A stretch of 64,000 nucleotides of DNA from Ascidiella aspersa (taxonomy: Eukaryota): contig OZ004610.1 of assembly GCA_963924565.1 (NCBI GenBank), positions 28,458,001 through 28,522,000 of the forward strand, given 5' to 3'. Within the stretch, counting starts at the first letter, position 1. Each line of letters opens with the position of its first letter. Under the pieces are notes generated by a model. The model saw only the letters and a program-made list of their open reading frames with translations. It made no database searches and was not told the origin of the DNA. Both the position numbers and the translations under genes were made by a program. Of this stretch, positions 61,458 through 64,000 are shown one piece after another.

Positions 61458-63741
61458 ATGTATATATCAAAAGAACAAATAAAGGGGTTTGACTCTTATA
61501 AGGTTTGTATTGTTGTGTTGTTTTGGATATTCTTGTTGCATATACATTACATATAACATAATTATCAATAATTTTATTATTTTTCCTAAAGCTCAAAATA
61601 TTTATAATTAGGACTTTTGGTTATAATTATTCAGCGTCTTTCAACCCTAGAAAACATATTTGATGAAAGAAGTCTAGCCAACATCTAATATTGTATTTTG
61701 TTTTTTCAGTATAGCTGCATAGACTCCTCTCCATTGTCCAACTATGTTATGCACCCATTCTGGAATGAATTTGTTAAGGTAACAGTGAAGTTTTTTAATT
61801 TAATCATTGTGGATTCTTTTAATTTTTTTTAGACTGACCTGAAAAAAAATTTATTTATTTTAAATATATATATGTATATTATATATGGAAGTTGGAACCT
61901 TGAAACAGGTATAAAATCAGACAGGGTTGTTATGTTATAGGCTAAGCAGACATCATTCTACAATTGCTGGTCGTCGAAATTGCTAAGAGCATTGAGAGAC
62001 AGAAGTTCTATCTGTCTTTATTGTGTTTAGTGCCATTTAAGTAAATCCTTATTGAAACGCTACATATTATAGCAACAGGCAGCCATGAGAAAAACTGTCA
62101 ATGTGGCTGTCAACAGCTAAAAGGTTGTACACCCCTGTACTAAATTCTCAATCAGGGTTGACATTGAATGGAAATTTGCAAATCGGTTTTTATAAACCTA
62201 ATATTAAGTTAGCTTTTGGGTTTGGTCATTTTCTTGAGACCTTTATTACCACTGAAAACAACAAACAATTTTTACCTAAGGGCACTTGCCAGTCGGACAA
62301 GTGGGTGTTAATTAAAATTCGCCTCGTGCAAATTTCTATGCAGCAATTTGAAAGCGAGCCAGGTATGGGAAAAACCCAACCATGCCCAAAAGACACTACT
62401 AATGCCAAAACAATCTTTCAGTGGCTCATTTATACCTTATCTTAATAATTAACTTTTGTAAAAAAAAAACACGATTAAACTACTTTACTAATTTGTGCAA
62501 GACAACTGAAGAACATAGAAAAATGAGCCCCCCTAATCTTTTTAACAGCTTTTTCCAAGATGGGTTGCCCCAAACCTGTTGACTTTTGCCGGCTTCATGA
62601 TCCTGGTTGCTCAATACGTTGTGCTCGCCATTTACGACCCGTTTTACTTGACCTCATTCCACGGATCTTTTCCCGCCTGGATTTGGTGGTTCAGTGCTTT
62701 CGCCCAGTTCTTTTCCCATACTCTTGGTGAGTGATATCTGACATCCGTACGTCTAGTTCAGGCAAAAAGCGATCTGCAGCTTGATTTCCCTTGGAATTCT
62801 TAACCAAAAATAAGCCTTTTTTGAACCTTTATAAAGAAAAAGAGTCTTGTCAAATTTTAGCTTGTATTATTTTGTACTCAGTTTTCCAATCTTTTTTGAT
62901 CAGATGGAATTGACGGCAAGCAGGCTCGACGAACCGGAACTTCCTCACCACTTGGTGAGCTGTTCGACCACGGACTGGACTCGATGTGCGTCTCCTTTTT
63001 CACACTAAATGTGTTTTCAGTTTTTGGCATTGGATTAGTTTCAGGTTGGTTTGTTAACTATTAATAAATATTTTTGTATGTATTGGCCATAATTTTAGTA
63101 GTAGTTTTGCTACAGTGGCTCATAAAATCCAAGGAGAATTTTCTAGTGTACCATAGAATAATCCAAACCCTAACTTGCAGGCCATATGTGACATATTATT
63201 ACCTGTGGCCCACTGAGCATTTTTTATTTCAGTGTTTTACGAACTTTTTTTTTATTTTGCCATTTGAAGGTTTTGTGCAGGGTTTGCAACACACCTATAC
63301 CCCATTTTTTGTTACATGGTTATGGATATAAGCAGTTATTAAATCTTTTGACCGACTACAAGCTTGGATTTTAATGGGTGGATATTTTATATTGCCAACA
63401 AATGTTATGCCCCACTTTGTCACACAGGTTAACAGATATACTTCAAACGACGAGCTTATTCACAAGTGAAACTAAAACAGCTAAATTAACTGAAATCAGT
63501 CAAGTTTCTAAGGTACAAGACAAAATCTTAAGATACTTGTAGCATAAACCACGAGGTTTGCATGCTGCATTATAGTCTTGCGTCTACATTTAACTTAACT
63601 GGAGACTTTTGATTTTGTTGTGCAGTTGAAATTTTCTACTACGCCCTACTGGCCACCTTGCTTTCATTCTTCATTTCACACTGGGAGAAATACAACACCG
63701 GGGTGCTTTACCTCCCTTGGGGCTACGACCTTAGCCAAGTG
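61458..63741 (+). CDS. SELENOI: Ethanolaminephosphotransferase 1 / selenoprotein I-like (CDP-alcohol phosphotransferase), 5' part; continues beyond the window
   Basis: Exons 61458-61502, 61710-61778, 62549-62726, 62904-63044, 63626-63741: [15 protein letters not shown]|[23 protein letters not shown]|[16 protein letters not shown]...|[26 protein letters not shown]...|[22 protein letters not shown]. Contains the CDP-alcohol phosphotransferase motif; the [15 protein letters not shown] block is EPT1-type. Confidence 0.92.
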
Positions 63742-64000
63742 GTAAGTTGACTTTGGTTTTAACTACTTATTTTATAAAAATGGTGTGAATTGACTTAATA
63801 TTATTTCACTGATTTTTCATTTTTCTTCAACAAAATTTTTTTCTTGTAAAATAATTTCTATGCCTAAGTGAAATACACACGCACAACGTTAAGCCAGGTA
63901 TAATAAATCTTCAACACTTATTTTTCTTGTTTTTAAGTAATTTTTAAAACATCCTTGCAATAAATTAACTAATAAATGTTATAATTTCTTGAAATTTGGT

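Noticed and set aside
1-64000. Prokaryotic systems (CRISPR arrays, bacterial operons, defence islands)
   Set aside because: The sequence is clearly eukaryotic with spliceosomal introns, and the tandem repeats lack unique spacers.

Overview
Eukaryotic, AT-rich, intron-containing animal DNA. The tight head-to-tail gene spacing and unpaired splice acceptors suggest an invertebrate, possibly an ascidian/tunicate with SL trans-splicing (inference only). Genes were assembled by hand from GT-AG exons with consistent phases: (-) a 2-exon, 53-aa MGCC-type lipid-anchored microprotein (3051-2015); (+) PIGW with a single coding exon (4753-6411); two tandem 8-exon monoglyceride-lipase-like alpha/beta hydrolases (6702-13765, 14866-19631); intronless RNASEH2C (22940-23356); a 12-exon DEPTOR (23562-56982) with very large CpG-rich introns; and the first five coding exons of SELENOI/EPT1 (61458 onward, running off the window). 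Most ORF-track entries are spurious intronic ORFs. The most unusual signal is a set of seven minimal type-I hammerhead-ribozyme-like motifs from several repeat families. These include a TSD-flanked retrozyme-like insert with two hammerheads 366 nt apart, a ~300-bp foldback element with a hammerhead at its apex, and three sense-strand hammerheads just upstream of DEPTOR exons. Also noted: operon-like junctions (PIGW>MGLL-a, RNASEH2C>DEPTOR), a patchy exon-level identity pattern between the lipase paralogues that suggests gene conversion, a tRNA-derived SINE family and several MITE families.
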